Source: Tubulanus polymorphus
Taxonomy: Eukaryota; Animalia; Nemertea
Length of the DNA: 64,000 nucleotides
Direction of reading: 5' to 3'
NCBI RefSeq assembly: GCF_964204645.1
Contig: NC_134031.1
Span: 18,669,910 to 18,733,909 of the forward strand
In this document: positions 30,026 through 41,985 of the stretch, one piece after another
Layout of the letters: every line of letters begins with the position of its first letter
Numbering within the stretch: the first letter of the stretch is position 1
Program-made: the position numbers and the translations under genes
The notes under the pieces: model-generated
Seen by the model: the letters and a program-made list of their open reading frames with translations, nothing else
What the model was told of the DNA's origin: nothing
Databases searched by the model: none

Positions 30026-30608
30026 TTTCTGCTGTATCGGTGGCCCCTGGTACTGATAACATTGAAGTTTGATTTTCGTTTTATAACTAGAGATTTATAC
30101 TATAATTATCGCTTTTATATGTTTATTCTGTAGTTATTTGTGACATATGGCAAACGACAACCGTTTAAAATACAACCGTTCAATGACATGTATTATGTAC
30201 GAGCATTCTAATTCTAGGTCTCCATAAAGCCTTATACGGTATTGCTATAATTAGCACAAAAATACTTATATTCTAACAGTATTTGACTGTACGACCCTGT
30301 TTTGCAGTTTTAGACTGACATCCAAACATAAACTCCTGATCCAATACCAATTCAAATTCCTTCAGCCATGACCTATCTTAAACAGGTTTTGATTCATTCA
30401 CTTCAAATTATTCAATCAAGATTACTAATTTTAGTCCGGTTCTGGTCTGTGGACCAATGCGATATGCAGATCTTTGTGGAAAAGCTGGACTGTCTTTGCC
30501 ACGGGCAAAGTTTGAGAAGAAAAAGTTAGAATTTACTAAATATCGTCATTTGAATCGATTCAAATGAGACGCCACTGACCAGACTTCGAAACACGGAAAG
30601 TCCCTACA

Positions 30609-30678
30609 GCTCTGTGGTGTAAGTGGTTAGCGCGATGTACAAGCAAGCTCGAGGCCCGGGTCCAAATTTTAGTTTTGC
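30609..30678 (+). mobile_element. Degenerate tRNA-derived SINE head or tRNA pseudogene
   Basis: gctctgtggtgtaagtggttagcgcg (A-box/D-arm-like) ... gaggcccgggtccaaat (degenerate B-box); the acceptor stem does not close. It abuts the left edge of the duplication. Confidence 0.4.
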
Positions 30679-31039
30679 TACAGTGAGGGTCATCCTTTAT
30701 TTCTTTACCAAAAATTTTCTTTTTTTGAAAATGTTTCTTTTCTAAGACTAAAGTATAGAAATACCTTCTTGGCTACAGCTTGAACAGTGTCTATTGAAAC
30801 TGTTCTGATTCAGAACACTGCTGAATCTAGAATTACTTGGGTGAATTCCTCTCCTCAACGAGGCCTCTTCCTTTTTCTCACTCACCCTTTCTCTCTACCT
30901 TTGTCTCCTTATCTCTCAGTAGAGCAACCACTAGTCAATCGTTGATCGAAAATAAACCCGCGAGATTGAATTTTTAAAACGACACTAATTATTAGAATTC
31001 TCAGTAAGTTTTTATTTTCATTTCAGATTGAATGATAAT

Positions 31040-32740
31040 TTAGCCACAGTGTTCATTTTCTGGGATAATAGTTGTCGAGGAAGTTTCTTGAGAAAATGAT
31101 CTTTTCAATGTCCATTTATCTTTAACTTTAAATTCTACGTCACCGCGTTCAAATTTGAATGTAACTGGTATTTCTACGGTTTCAGTAACCATTAACAGAT
31201 TGGTTTCTAATTTAGTGCCAGGTTTGCAGTATTTCGGCCATGTGTAGGTTGCCGTGGTAGTGACGGACATCTCTTGCGTCTGATCGGAACCGAATCCAAA
31301 GTTTGTCGATGACGAAAGTCCTACAGTTGTTGACGCGAATCCAATATCGCCCTTGGCTTCAGCCGAAACTTCAAACCCGAATTCAAACGATTTACTGAAT
31401 GTAGCAGATATCATTTCGGTAATGGATTTTGTAGTCGAATAGGAACCTATAATAAAAACAGATATAACGAATTGTTAAAGTAGCGGTATGTGGTGGAGAA
31501 GGGGAGGAGGGAGGAGGGGCGTCACTTACCCGTCATACCGGATACATATTCAGTTCCACATCCATCATTAACTATACTTCTAGAATCAAGTGTGTGCGGG
31601 TGCGTTTCAATTATGTTTTGCTTATCGAAATGTGCATCAAATCCTTTCAGAACTGTTTTCGCTCTGTACATATTGATTTTACGAAATGCACTCCCGGCGT
31701 CAATATTACCATCGGCAACGTAGAATTCGGCAATTTCAATCGGTTCATCTTTGTAATGATCTTTTTCTCCGGTTAGGAATGTTTCTTGTAGTGTTTCAGA
31801 TGGTTTTTCTCTGTTATAAATTCTGGTGGAGATTCCAGAGACCATCGGTGGATTCTTGTCCAATTCTACGTACACGTACAACATTCCGTAACCGAAAGCT
31901 TCCGTGCAGGGATTCCAAACAAATCCATTGCTCATCATTTTTTTCTCTCCTACGCTCAAATCTCCAGTGATGACTTTCGCTTTTTCGCAGTAAAGCTTGA
32001 CTTTTGCATCAAAAACATCGAGTTGAGTACCGTGAATTTGTTGATGTTTCTTTTCGCTGTCTTCATCTTCGATAACCCATAACACGTTTAAACAATATCC
32101 TACTCCTTCAGGTGTGATGCAGATGTGATTTGCTAAAAATAATAACACTCTGTTTTAATAGATTATCGTGTCGGTAAAATATAAAGACAGATCGTACTTT
32201 GAAGGTTAATCAGAGTCGTTCGCTACTTAATGTAGTGTATTTGCTTCATCGGATAAACTAAGATAATTCTCATTCCCTATACATCTACTGTTGTTTAGGC
32301 ATTGACTGTACTCAATTACCCGATAATGTTACTTAGCGAAAGCTCGTATTAGTTAACCTTCTAAGTACTATCCGAGGCCCGGAGGGGGAGTGATGCGTTA
32401 GGTGCAAACACACCTCCCCACAAGATCCCGAGTTCCGCTTTTTTGTCAAGAAAAATTACCCGATTAAATAGATAACAGTAACTTTGTTGCATGAAATATT
32501 CACTAACTCAATATTCAAAAATAATTGGGGAGCCCAAAAGCAAAGCAGTTGTAGGGGTACTAAATACTTACAGGCGATTTTTACCTCCGCCTTCTCATGA
32601 GTTCTGCCGAAAGCACCGGTATTTGCAACTAACTCGTGTTCACGATCGTAATGTAGCTGAATTCCACCAATAATACGCACCGCATTAACACCATTCAAAT
32701 AGCAACAAACCATTAATATCACTGATAGAAATATCTTCAT
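31040..32740 (-). CDS. Secreted aerolysin/ETX-MTX2-like beta-pore-forming protein, copy A (392 aa)
   Basis: Exons 32572-32740, 31530-32132, 31040-31446, phase-consistent. Signal peptide MKIFLSVILMVCCYLNGVNA. C-terminal Ser/Thr-rich region with an alternating amphipathic hairpin FSKSFEFGFEVSAEAKGDIGFASTTVGLSSSTNFGFG, followed by TTTATYTWP..CKPGT...VEIPVT, which is the aerolysin-fold pattern. Confidence 0.8.
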
Positions 32741-32870
32741 ACTAGAAATTATAAGACATTAAACACGATATAGTGACAACATAGTGAAATATTGCACGGA
32801 GGAGTCTCTGGAAATTGAAGCATTTACTTACATTACTGTTGGATAGTTCTCTCCAGAGTCACACAAACCA

Positions 32871-32910
32871 AAAGTCTGATAAATCATCGAAGATTCACGA
32901 GTCTTTTATA
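32871..32910 (-). promoter_or_regulatory. TATA box + Inr core promoter of the pore-former gene (duplicated at ~38325-38364)
   Basis: TATAAAAG on - strand at 32903-32910, TCAGAC Inr-like ~30 nt downstream, 5'-UTR exon donor GTAAGT at 32826-32831 and acceptor just before the ATG. Confidence 0.6.
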
Positions 32911-33109
32911 CGGTTCTTATCACAAATACCGCCTTTGATTTGACCAAATGTTACAAATGAGTTGTAAATGATATCACTGGACCGAGGATTGACACCAGGT
33001 GCGTGGAGCGGTCCAGGTGTGCGAGGAAGGATCTCCTTCACTTTGATTACGCCGACCGGACACGTCATCTTTAAGACAATATTGTGTGTGCTATTGTGCT
33101 ATAATTCAG

Positions 33110-33198
33110 TTAGCCAGCCAGTCAGTCAGCTAGCCGGTAGTCAGTGAGTCAGTGAGTCAGTGAGTCAGTGAGTCAGCCAGCAAGCCAAACAGTCAGCA

Positions 33199-33240
<42 letters not shown>

Positions 33241-33243
33241 CCA
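33110..33243. repeat. (CAGC/CAGT)n microsatellite; a shorter version at ~38560-38673
   Basis: agtcagtg and agccagcc tetranucleotide runs, differing in length between the two units. Confidence 0.85.
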
Positions 33244-33567
33244 GGGCCAACTTCATTTTGCGTAGCTAGTCGACTAGTGGTCGGAACTAATAACCGAAAG
33301 CACTAGTTCGGTCGTAACGTATTTCACAGTGTCGGCCATCTTGGAAATGGGTCGGAACTACAGCGACCGTGCTCTCGGACCATAGTTCCGACTCATGGAC
33401 ATTCGGTTTCGTTTAATTCGACTATAGTCGACTTACTCCGATAACCGAAGTTCGCCTAGTAAGCCAGCTATTCGGCAGCAGGCAGTCACCTCGCCTCAAA
33501 CTGAGTCGAAGGTTTACGCAAATAACTACATTTAAAAGCTATTTCAATTTCACCCACGTTTATTTAT

Positions 33568-35317
33568 TTAAACCGTGTCGCATTCATACAAAATCCTTAT
33601 TCGTTTTATGTCCCAATAACTCGGTTTATCTCTTTGCCCGATTTTGATGCCAGGTTCCTTCGGTAGAATTGTCTTCTTCAAGCCGTTCTTGCTGAAGTAA
33701 TTATCCGGATAGTGCATCAATGATGAAAGGTCATACGGCGTTCCAAGGTCGTTGATCTTATTCTTAGCAGTTATTTGAAAGTTGATTTGAGCGTCTGAAA
33801 AATGCGTATGAAACAAGGGCGAATTCTTGCTTTCGAATACAAGATTATGATTCATATAATTCTATATTTTTGACATTTTTGAATTTGCAATGGAAAATCT
33901 AAAATGATCAATCGGGGAACTGTAGACGTCATTTCAGCCATTGATTCTTTTTCTATAATCAGTCAACCCGCCAGGTGGTGTTGGTAAAAAAAGCCACATA
34001 GGTTTCTAGTGAACCTAACCATACGTATTAGGATACATACATACCGGGCTCAATATTTTGCCACAATATTCGGACATATTTATCCCTGTCCAACCTCGTG
34101 TGCTCATGCCACAGTCCCAGCGCATGTAACAGTTCATGCCAAATGTAACCGCTATGAAGACAGCCGCGGCCCAGCGATAACATCTGAGTGCCACCAGACA
34201 TACCTACTGCAGAGTGACATCTGAAAAAAGAGGTTACATAAAAAACAACGTCATCTAGAATTACAGCATGGGAAAGATGTACAGTAAATGGGTATTCTTC
34301 GGGATAAGAGTTTCATCGTGAAATATTCATATTCGAAAATTTAGGCGAATTGGATCCTGAATTGTATACATCTAGTTGGATAAAAAAGGTCATATTTCAT
34401 TTCGAATGGGATGGAATACTCATTGTACCCTGTTCCGGAGTAGAACATGAGAGTCGGCAATTTCTCCGAATTGTCAGCGACTTCCGTAAATTGGAAACAA
34501 TCGCCGCCTTCGTTAATCAGATCAGCGAGCAGACGAATAGCTTCTCGAATAACCGGTCGATCCGCATCGGCTGAAAATCGTATATCATCCTATCATTTAT
34601 TTCGAATAATTTACAAAGATGAATAACAGATTTCAGGGCGAACAAAATTCGGATGCGCGCCTCCAAAATGAGCAATGATAATTAGTAAACAGATATTGTT
34701 TTTTGTTTTCTTTCGATTTACGTCGATCTGATGGTTGTTCATTTAACCTCGTTTTGGGACTCGGATTAAGAAGTGTTGCCTGCACACTGTAAACAGTCGA
34801 CAGGACTCGGACCCGCTTGTCACTCGACACTCATAGTGACTTCATCAGCACTTCACTTAATATCACTGAGCTACCGAGGCCGTGTACGTTAGGACCAAAA
34901 TTAACCAACGGAGTGAGTCTCTTTGCTGTATACCTATTCAAAATATCAGAAATATGTTTTTCGTTGTTACCTATTTTTGTGTTGGTGTCATCTTCAAGGA
35001 AAGCATAGCGCATTTTGTTACCGAACCATCTGGACCAGCGAGACTTCACTGCACTACGGAACTAGCGATACAACCAACAAATTAATATGTTATTTATACT
35101 TATTTCGCACACTAAACCGCGATATATCCCCAACATACCGATGGAAGATCAATGTCACCTTGAAAGACACCTGAAATCATTTGGAAAAGAAAATTTCTCT
35201 AATAACACGAAGAAGTTAGAGATACATTTTCAAACATTATTTTTGTGCTGTTCCTGCACCATGCGGGGTCACTTTACCTTTGTGAACATCTGGTTGTGAT
35301 GGTTCCTGAGTTGACTT
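33568..35317 (-). pseudogene. Astacin metalloprotease copy A: exons 2-7 intact, but exon 1 (ATG, signal peptide) and promoter missing
   Basis: Exons 35278-35317, 35139-35170, 34971-35061, 34429-34570, 34045-34220, 33568-33794; HELLHALGLWHEHTRLDRD and SLMHY intact. Similarity to copy B stops at ~35654, 2 nt short of the exon 1 boundary, so the donor GT is lost. Confidence 0.75.
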
Positions 35318-35654
35318 CTAAACCAAGAGAGAACAATTGAAGAATTGATTGTCTTTATATAAATTACTAATGATCATTTTATTTACAGACAGTTTGAATA
35401 ATCAAAAACACAATAATATCCTATGTATTTCAATTAACATTTCAAAAAATTTCCGACAATAAATCATGAAGGTGATAAAAACTTTTACAAACTAGAATGA
35501 AATCATTGACTATATGGGGTATGACGCATACACGTTTAGTAGGTCATCTGGCGTTACATATTCCCGGGATGGTTGATGACTGGGGTAACTACTCCCCAGG
35601 GTGAGGTGAATAAGAGAAACGGTTTGGGGGGAAGAAAAAAGCACTTTCGAACTT

Positions 35655-36090
35655 GATGAGTGACACATAACAAAAGGATTAAAGGAGAATTCACGTGTTA
35701 AGTTTAACCAGTGTACAGAGGAAATTTGATATAAATTTATTGTGGGGTGAAAAACCATTGTTAAGATTTACAACGTTGCTCGAATTTTCAATTATCAGTG
35801 CAGATTCCAAAATATGTCTTTTAGTTTTATCGCTGCAAGGGTAAATTAATTCGGCATTAACGAAATCAAAATTGTGTGAGGTCTGAAATATTCGACTAGC
35901 AACTCCGCCTTTGGTTTAAAGTTTTTTTACATCTAACTTGTGCTCTTTTTAACGTTGGTTAAGGTTCCGACCTGTTTCTCCTATGTATAATTTGTCGCAA
36001 ACTTTACAAGGTTTTTTATAAATTCCACAGTTGAGGGATTCGGATTTAGGTTTGTTATTTATTATTGTATTTAGATTATTTTATTTTCTC
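35655..36090 (-). mobile_element. Degenerate Penelope-like retroelement fragment (GIY-YIG endonuclease domain)
   Basis: Hand translation in a single - frame ending at 35691: NNKPKSESLNCGIYKKPCKVCDKLYIGETGRNLNQR*KEHKLDVKKL*TKGGVASRIFQTSHNFDFVNAELIYPCSDKTKRHILESALII...VNLNNG. GIY...CxxC...YIGETGR...R.KEH signature with two in-frame stops, so it is absent from the ORF track. Confidence 0.85.
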
Positions 36091-36498
36091 TGTACATCGC
36101 GTCAACACGGATATAGTGTTCTATCAATCGTGAGTGAGGGTCATCCTTATTAAGGATGGCCCTCAATAAAGTTTATTACTTAACCATAAATTTTCTTTTT
36201 TTAGACTAAAGTATTGAAATGTCTTCTTGGCTACAGCTTGAACAGTGTCTATTGAAACTGTTCTGATTCAGAACGCTGCTAAATCTAGAGTTACTTGGGT
36301 GAATTCCTCTCCTCAACGAGGCCTCTTCCTTTTTCTCACTCACCCTTTCTCTCAACCTTTGTCTCCTTATCTCTCAGTAGAGCAACCACTAGTCAATCGT
36401 TCAATCGAAAATAAACCCGCGAGATTGAATTTTTAAAACGACACTAATTATTAGAATTCTCAGTAAGTTTTTATTTTCATTTCAGATTGAATGATAAT

Positions 36499-38194
36499 TT
36501 AGCCACAGTGTTCATTTTCTGGGATAATAGTTGTCGAGGAAGTTTCTTGAGAAAATGATCTTTTCAAGGTCCATTTATCTTTAACTTTAAATTCTACGTC
36601 ACCGCGTTCAAATTTGAATGTAACTGGTATTTCTACGGTTTCAGTAACCATTAACAGATTGGTTTCTAATTTAGTGCCAGGTTTGCAGTATGACGGCCAT
36701 GTATAGGTTGCCGTAGTAGTGACGGACATCTCTTGCGTCTGATCGGAACCGAATCCAAAGTTTGCCGATGACGAAAGTCCTACAGTTGTTGACGCGAATC
36801 CAATATCAGTCTCGGCTTCAGCCGAAACTTCAAACCCGAATTCAAACGATTTACTGAATGTAGCAGATATCATTTCGGTAATGGATTTTGTAGTCGAATA
36901 GGAACCTATAATAAAAACAGATATAACGAATTGTTAAAGTAGCGGTATGTGGTGGAGAAGGGGAGGAGGGAGGAGGGGCGTCACTTACCCGTCATACCGG
37001 ATACATATTCAGTTCCACATCCATCATTAACTATACTTCTAGAATCAAGTGTGTGCGGGTGCGTTTCAATTATGTTTTGCTTATCGAAATGTGCATCAAA
37101 TCCTCTCAGAACTGTTTTCGCTCTGTACATATTGATTTTACGAAATGCACTCCCGGCGTCAATATTACCATCGACAACGTAGAATTCGGCAATTTCAATC
37201 GGTTCATCTTTGTAATGATCTTTTTCTCCGGTTAGGAATGTTTCTTGTAGTGTTTCAGATGGTTTTTCTCTGTTATAAATTCTGTTGGAGATTCCAGAGA
37301 CCATCGGTGGATTCTTGTCCAATTCTACGTACACGTACAACATTCCGTAACCGAAAGCTTCCGTGCAGGGATTCCAAACAAATCCATTGCTCATCATTTT
37401 TTTCTCTCCTACGCTCAAATCTCCAGTGATGACTTTCGCTTTTTCGCAGTAAAGCTTGACTTTAACATCAAAAACATCGAGTTGAGTACCGTGAATTTGT
37501 TGATGTTTCTTTTCGCTGTCTTCATCTTCGATAACCCATAACACGTTTAAACAATATCCTACTCCTTCAGGTGTGATGCAGATGTGATTTGCTAAAAATA
37601 ATAACACTCTGTTTTAATAGATTATCGTGTCGGTAAAATATAAAGACAGATCGTACTTTGAAGGTTAATCAGAGTCGTTCGCTACTTAATGTAGTGTATT
37701 TGCTTCATCGGATAAACTAAGATAATTCTCATTCCCTATACATCTACTGTTGTTTAGGCATTGACTGTACTCAATTACCCGATAATGTTACTTAGCGAAA
37801 GCTCGTATTAGTTAACCTTCTAAGTACTATCCGAGGCCCGGAGGGGGAGTGATGCGTTAGGTGCAAACACACCTCCCCACAAGATCCCGAGTTCCGCTTT
37901 TTTGTCAAGGAAGATTAAATAGATAACAGTGACTTTGTTGTATGAAATATTCACTAACTCAGTATTAAAAAATACTTGGGGAGCTCAAAAGCAAAGCAGT
38001 TGTAGGGGTACAAAATACTTACAGGCGATTTTTATTTCCGCCTTGTCATGAGGTTTGCCGAAAGCACCGGTATTTGCAACTAACTCGCGTTCAAGAAAAT
38101 CGTAATGTAGCTGGATTCCACCAATAATACGCACCGCATTAACACCATTCAAATAGCAACAAACCATTAATATCACTGATAGAAATATCTTCAT
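36499..38194 (-). CDS. Secreted aerolysin/ETX-MTX2-like beta-pore-forming protein, copy B (393 aa)
   Basis: Exons 38023-38194, 36989-37591, 36499-36905; same structure as copy A with ~14-15 amino-acid differences. Confidence 0.8.
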
Positions 38195-38987
38195 ACTAGA
38201 AATTATAAGACATTAAACACGATATAGTGACAACATAGTGAAATATTGCACGGAGGAGTCTCTGGAAATTGAAGCATTTACTTACATTACTGTTGGATAG
38301 TTCTCTCCAGAGTCACACAAACCAAAAGTCTGATAAATCATCGAAGATTCACGAGTCTTTTATACGATTCTTATCACAAATACCGTCCTTGATTTGACCA
38401 AATGTTACAAATGAGTTGTAAATGATATCACTGGACCGAGGATTGACACCAGGTGCGTGGAGCGGTCCAGGTGTGCGAGGAAGGATCTCCTTCACTTTGA
38501 TTACGCCGACAGGACACGTCATCTTTAAGACAATATTGTGTGTGCTATTGTGCTATAATTCAGTTAGCCAGTCAGTCAGTCAGCTAGCCAGTAGTCAGTG
38601 AGTCAGTCAGTCAGCCAGCCAGCCAGCCAGTTAGCAAGCCAAACAGTCAGCCAGCCAGCCAGCCAGCGAGCCAGGGCCAACTTCATTTTGCGTAGCTAGT
38701 CGACTAGTGGTCGGAACTAATAACCGAACGCACTAGTTCGGTCGTAACGTATTTCACAGTGTCGGCCATCTTGGAAATGGGTCGGAACTACAGCGACCGT
38801 GCTCACGGACCATAGTTCCGACTAACGGACATTCGGTTTCGTTTAATTCGACTATAGTCGACTTACTCCGATAACCGAAGTTCGCCTAGTAAGCCAGCTA
38901 TTCGGCAGCAGGCAGTCACCTCGCCTCAAACTGAGTCGAAGGTTTACGCAAATAAAAGCTATTTCAATTTCACCCACGTTTATTTAT

Positions 38988-41141
38988 TTAAACCGTGTCG
39001 CATTCATACAAAATCCTTATTCGTTTTATGTCCCAATAACTCGGTTTATCTCTTTGCCCGATTTTGATGCCAGGTTCCTTCGGTAGAATTGTCTTCTTCA
39101 AGCCGTTCTTGCTGAAGTAATTATCCGGATAGTGCATCAATGATGAAAGGTCATACGGCGTTCCAAGGTCGTTGATCTTATTCTTAGCAGTTATTTGAAA
39201 GTTGATTTGAGCGTCTGAAAAATGCGTATGAAACAAGGGCGAATTCTTGCTTTCGAATACAAGATTATGATTCATATAATTCTATATTTTTGACATTTTT
39301 GAATTTGCAATGGAAAATCTAAAATGATCAATCGGGGAACTGTAGACGTCATTTCAGCCATTGATTCTTTTTCTATAATCAGTCAACCCGCCAGGTGGTG
39401 TTGGTAAAAAAAGCCACATAGGTTTCTAGTGAACCTAACCATACGTATTAGGATACATACATACCGGGCTCAATATTTTGCCACAATATTCGGACATATT
39501 TATCCCTGTCCAACCTCGTGTGCTCATGCCACAGTCCCAGCGCATGTAACAGTTCATGCCAAATGTAACCGTTATGAAGACAGCCGCGGCCCAGCGATAA
39601 CATCTGAGTGCCACCAGACATACCTACTGCAGAGTGACATCTGAAAAAAGAGGTTACATAAAAAACAACGTCATCCAGAATTACAGCATGGGAAAGATGT
39701 ACAGTAAATGGGTATTCTTCGGGATAAGAGTTTCATCGTGAAATATTCATATTCGAAAAGGCGAATTGGATCCTGAATTGTATACATCTAGTTGGATAAA
39801 AAAGGTCATATTTCATTTCGAATGGGATGGAATATTCAGTGTACCCTGTTCCGGAGTAGAACATGAGAGTCGGCAATTTCTCCGAATTGTCAGCGACTTC
39901 CGTAAATTGGAAACAATCGCCGCCTTCGTTAATCAGATCAGCGAGCAGACGAATAGCTTCTCGAATAACCGGTCGATCCGCATCGGCTGAAAATCGTATA
40001 TCATCCTATCATTTATTTCGAATAATTTACAAAGATGAATAACAGATTTCAGGGCGAACAAAATTCGGATGCGCGCCTCCAAAATGAGCAATGATAATTA
40101 GTAAACAGATACTGTTTTTTGTTTTCTTTCGATTTACGTCGATCTGATGGTTGTTCATTTAACCTCGTTATGGGACTCGGATTAAGAAGTGTTGCCTGCA
40201 CACTGTAAACAGTCGACAGGACTCGGACCCGCTTGTCACTCGACACTCATAGTGACTTCGTCAGCACTTAACTTAATATCACTGAGCTACCGAGGCCGTG
40301 TACGTTAGGACCAAAATTAACCAACGGAGTGAGTCTCTTTGCTGTATACCTATTCAAAATATCAGAAATATGTTTTTCGTTGTTACCTATTTTTGTGTTG
40401 GTGTCATCTTCAAGGAAAGCATAGCGCATTTTGTTACCGAACCATCTGGACCAGCGAGACTTCACTGCACTACGGAACTAGCGATACAACCAACAAATTA
40501 ATATGTTATTTATACTTATTTCGCACACTAAACCGCGATATATCCCCAACCTACCGATGGAAGATCAATGTCACCTTGAAAGAAACCTGAAATCATTTGG
40601 AAAAGAAAATTTCTCTAATAACACGAAGAAGTTAGAGATACATTTTCAAACATTATTTTTGTGCTGTTCCTGCACCCTGCGGGGTCACTTTACCTTTGTG
40701 AACATCTGGTTGTGATGGTTCCTGAGTTGACTTCTAAACCAAGAGAGAACAATTGAAGAATTGATTGTCTTTACATAAATTACTAATGTTCATTTTATTT
40801 ATAGATAGTTTGAATAATCAAAAACACAATAACATCCAATGTATTTCAATTTACATTTCAGAAAAGTTCCGAAAATAAATCCTGAAGGTGATAAAAACTG
40901 TTCAAAACTAGAATGAAATCATTTACTATATGGGGTATGACTCCTACGCGTTTAGTAGGTCATCTCGCTTTACATATCCCCAGGATGGTTGATGACTGGG
41001 GTAACTACTCCCCAGGGATAGGTGAATGAGAGAAACGTTTTTTTTTTGGGGGGGGGGGGAAGAAAGCACCTTCAAACTTACACATTCATGGGTACTGATC
41101 ACGAATATGAACAGGATGACAAAACGAGTCCAGTGTTGCAT
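38988..41141 (-). CDS. Astacin-family zinc metalloprotease (M12A), complete copy B, 255 aa: signal peptide, short propeptide, catalytic domain only
   Basis: Exons 41082-41141, 40694-40733, 40555-40586, 40387-40477, 39845-39986, 39465-39640, 38988-39214 (768 nt, phases consistent). MQHWTRFVILFIFVISTHEC signal, FQGDI aspartate-switch motif, HELLHALGLWHEHTRLDRD zinc motif, SLMHY Met-turn, IGQR...D...I..LYEC end. Confidence 0.9.
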
Positions 41142-41985
41142 GATGTGAATGCTCTGAAATCCTCAGTCCTCGTCGTGTTCTCTAAACAGTTATATTACAT
41201 TTACATTTATTCTGTAGTGTGTGATATGTATAATTTCAATGATTGTAAATATATTTATCTATTAGAACAATCATATCTCAATATGAATAACGCGTGTAGA
41301 ACTGATTTGTTAAACGCCAGACGTTGTTTTTCCAGCTAGTCAATTATCATATATCTCAACTCGTAGTTTATGTGCATGAATACATTTAATTTCTCTAAGG
41401 TCTCAACGTTTGGTAAGGACGTTTTAGTATAATTTCCCTCATAGAGAAATTTTCCCTTCCCTTGCGGTCCTTGCTCTGCTTTAGGATTACGCATCATTTT
41501 AGGGACCTCATCCTCACCACCTCGCTCCTCTTGAGTTACTTTTTTAATCGTTTACGCTCCTGATAATTTTCCATTCAGTGCCACTTGTTTAAAATTCCTC
41601 TCGAAAAATCTCTACTAGTTGCATCCTCGCTTGCCAGGGTTTAGTTGCAACCAATCCCTGGTAAGTGAGGATGTGCTAGTGGACGTCATCAATCACGTGT
41701 GAGAACCAAGAGGAATTCTCTATATTTTGTTTAGCAATTGTTTTATTTTTTATAAATACGTATAAAATATATGTTCAATAGATAATTAATAATTATAACA
41801 AATAATAACAACGTTTTTTTCTCATCTACTCATTTTCTTCGTCGCGTCTAAATTTCAATATTTGTGGCTTTTCTATTGAAACATTTAGTAGAAATAATTA
41901 AAAATTCGAAAAATCTAAGCTTTTCCTAACGTTGCCGGTATGTTTATTTCGATAAGTAGCAATTGCCTTAACCGTTAAGCTTCAC

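Larger units (their letters stand above)
30683..41079. repeat. Tandem segmental duplication: unit A ~30683-35654, unit B ~36135-41079 (offset ~5.42-5.46 kb)
   Basis: Near-identical sequence starting gtgagggtcatcct in both units; the ORF track is duplicated (31040/36499, 31522/36981, 33568/38988). Confidence 0.95.

Noticed and set aside
30609-30678. Functional tRNA gene
   Set aside because: B-box degenerate and the acceptor stem does not pair; kept only as a possible SINE head.
35510-35758. ORF 35510-35758 as a replacement first exon for astacin A
   Set aside because: It straddles astacin intron 1 and the Penelope 3' end, has no signal peptide, and is not in the GIY-YIG frame.
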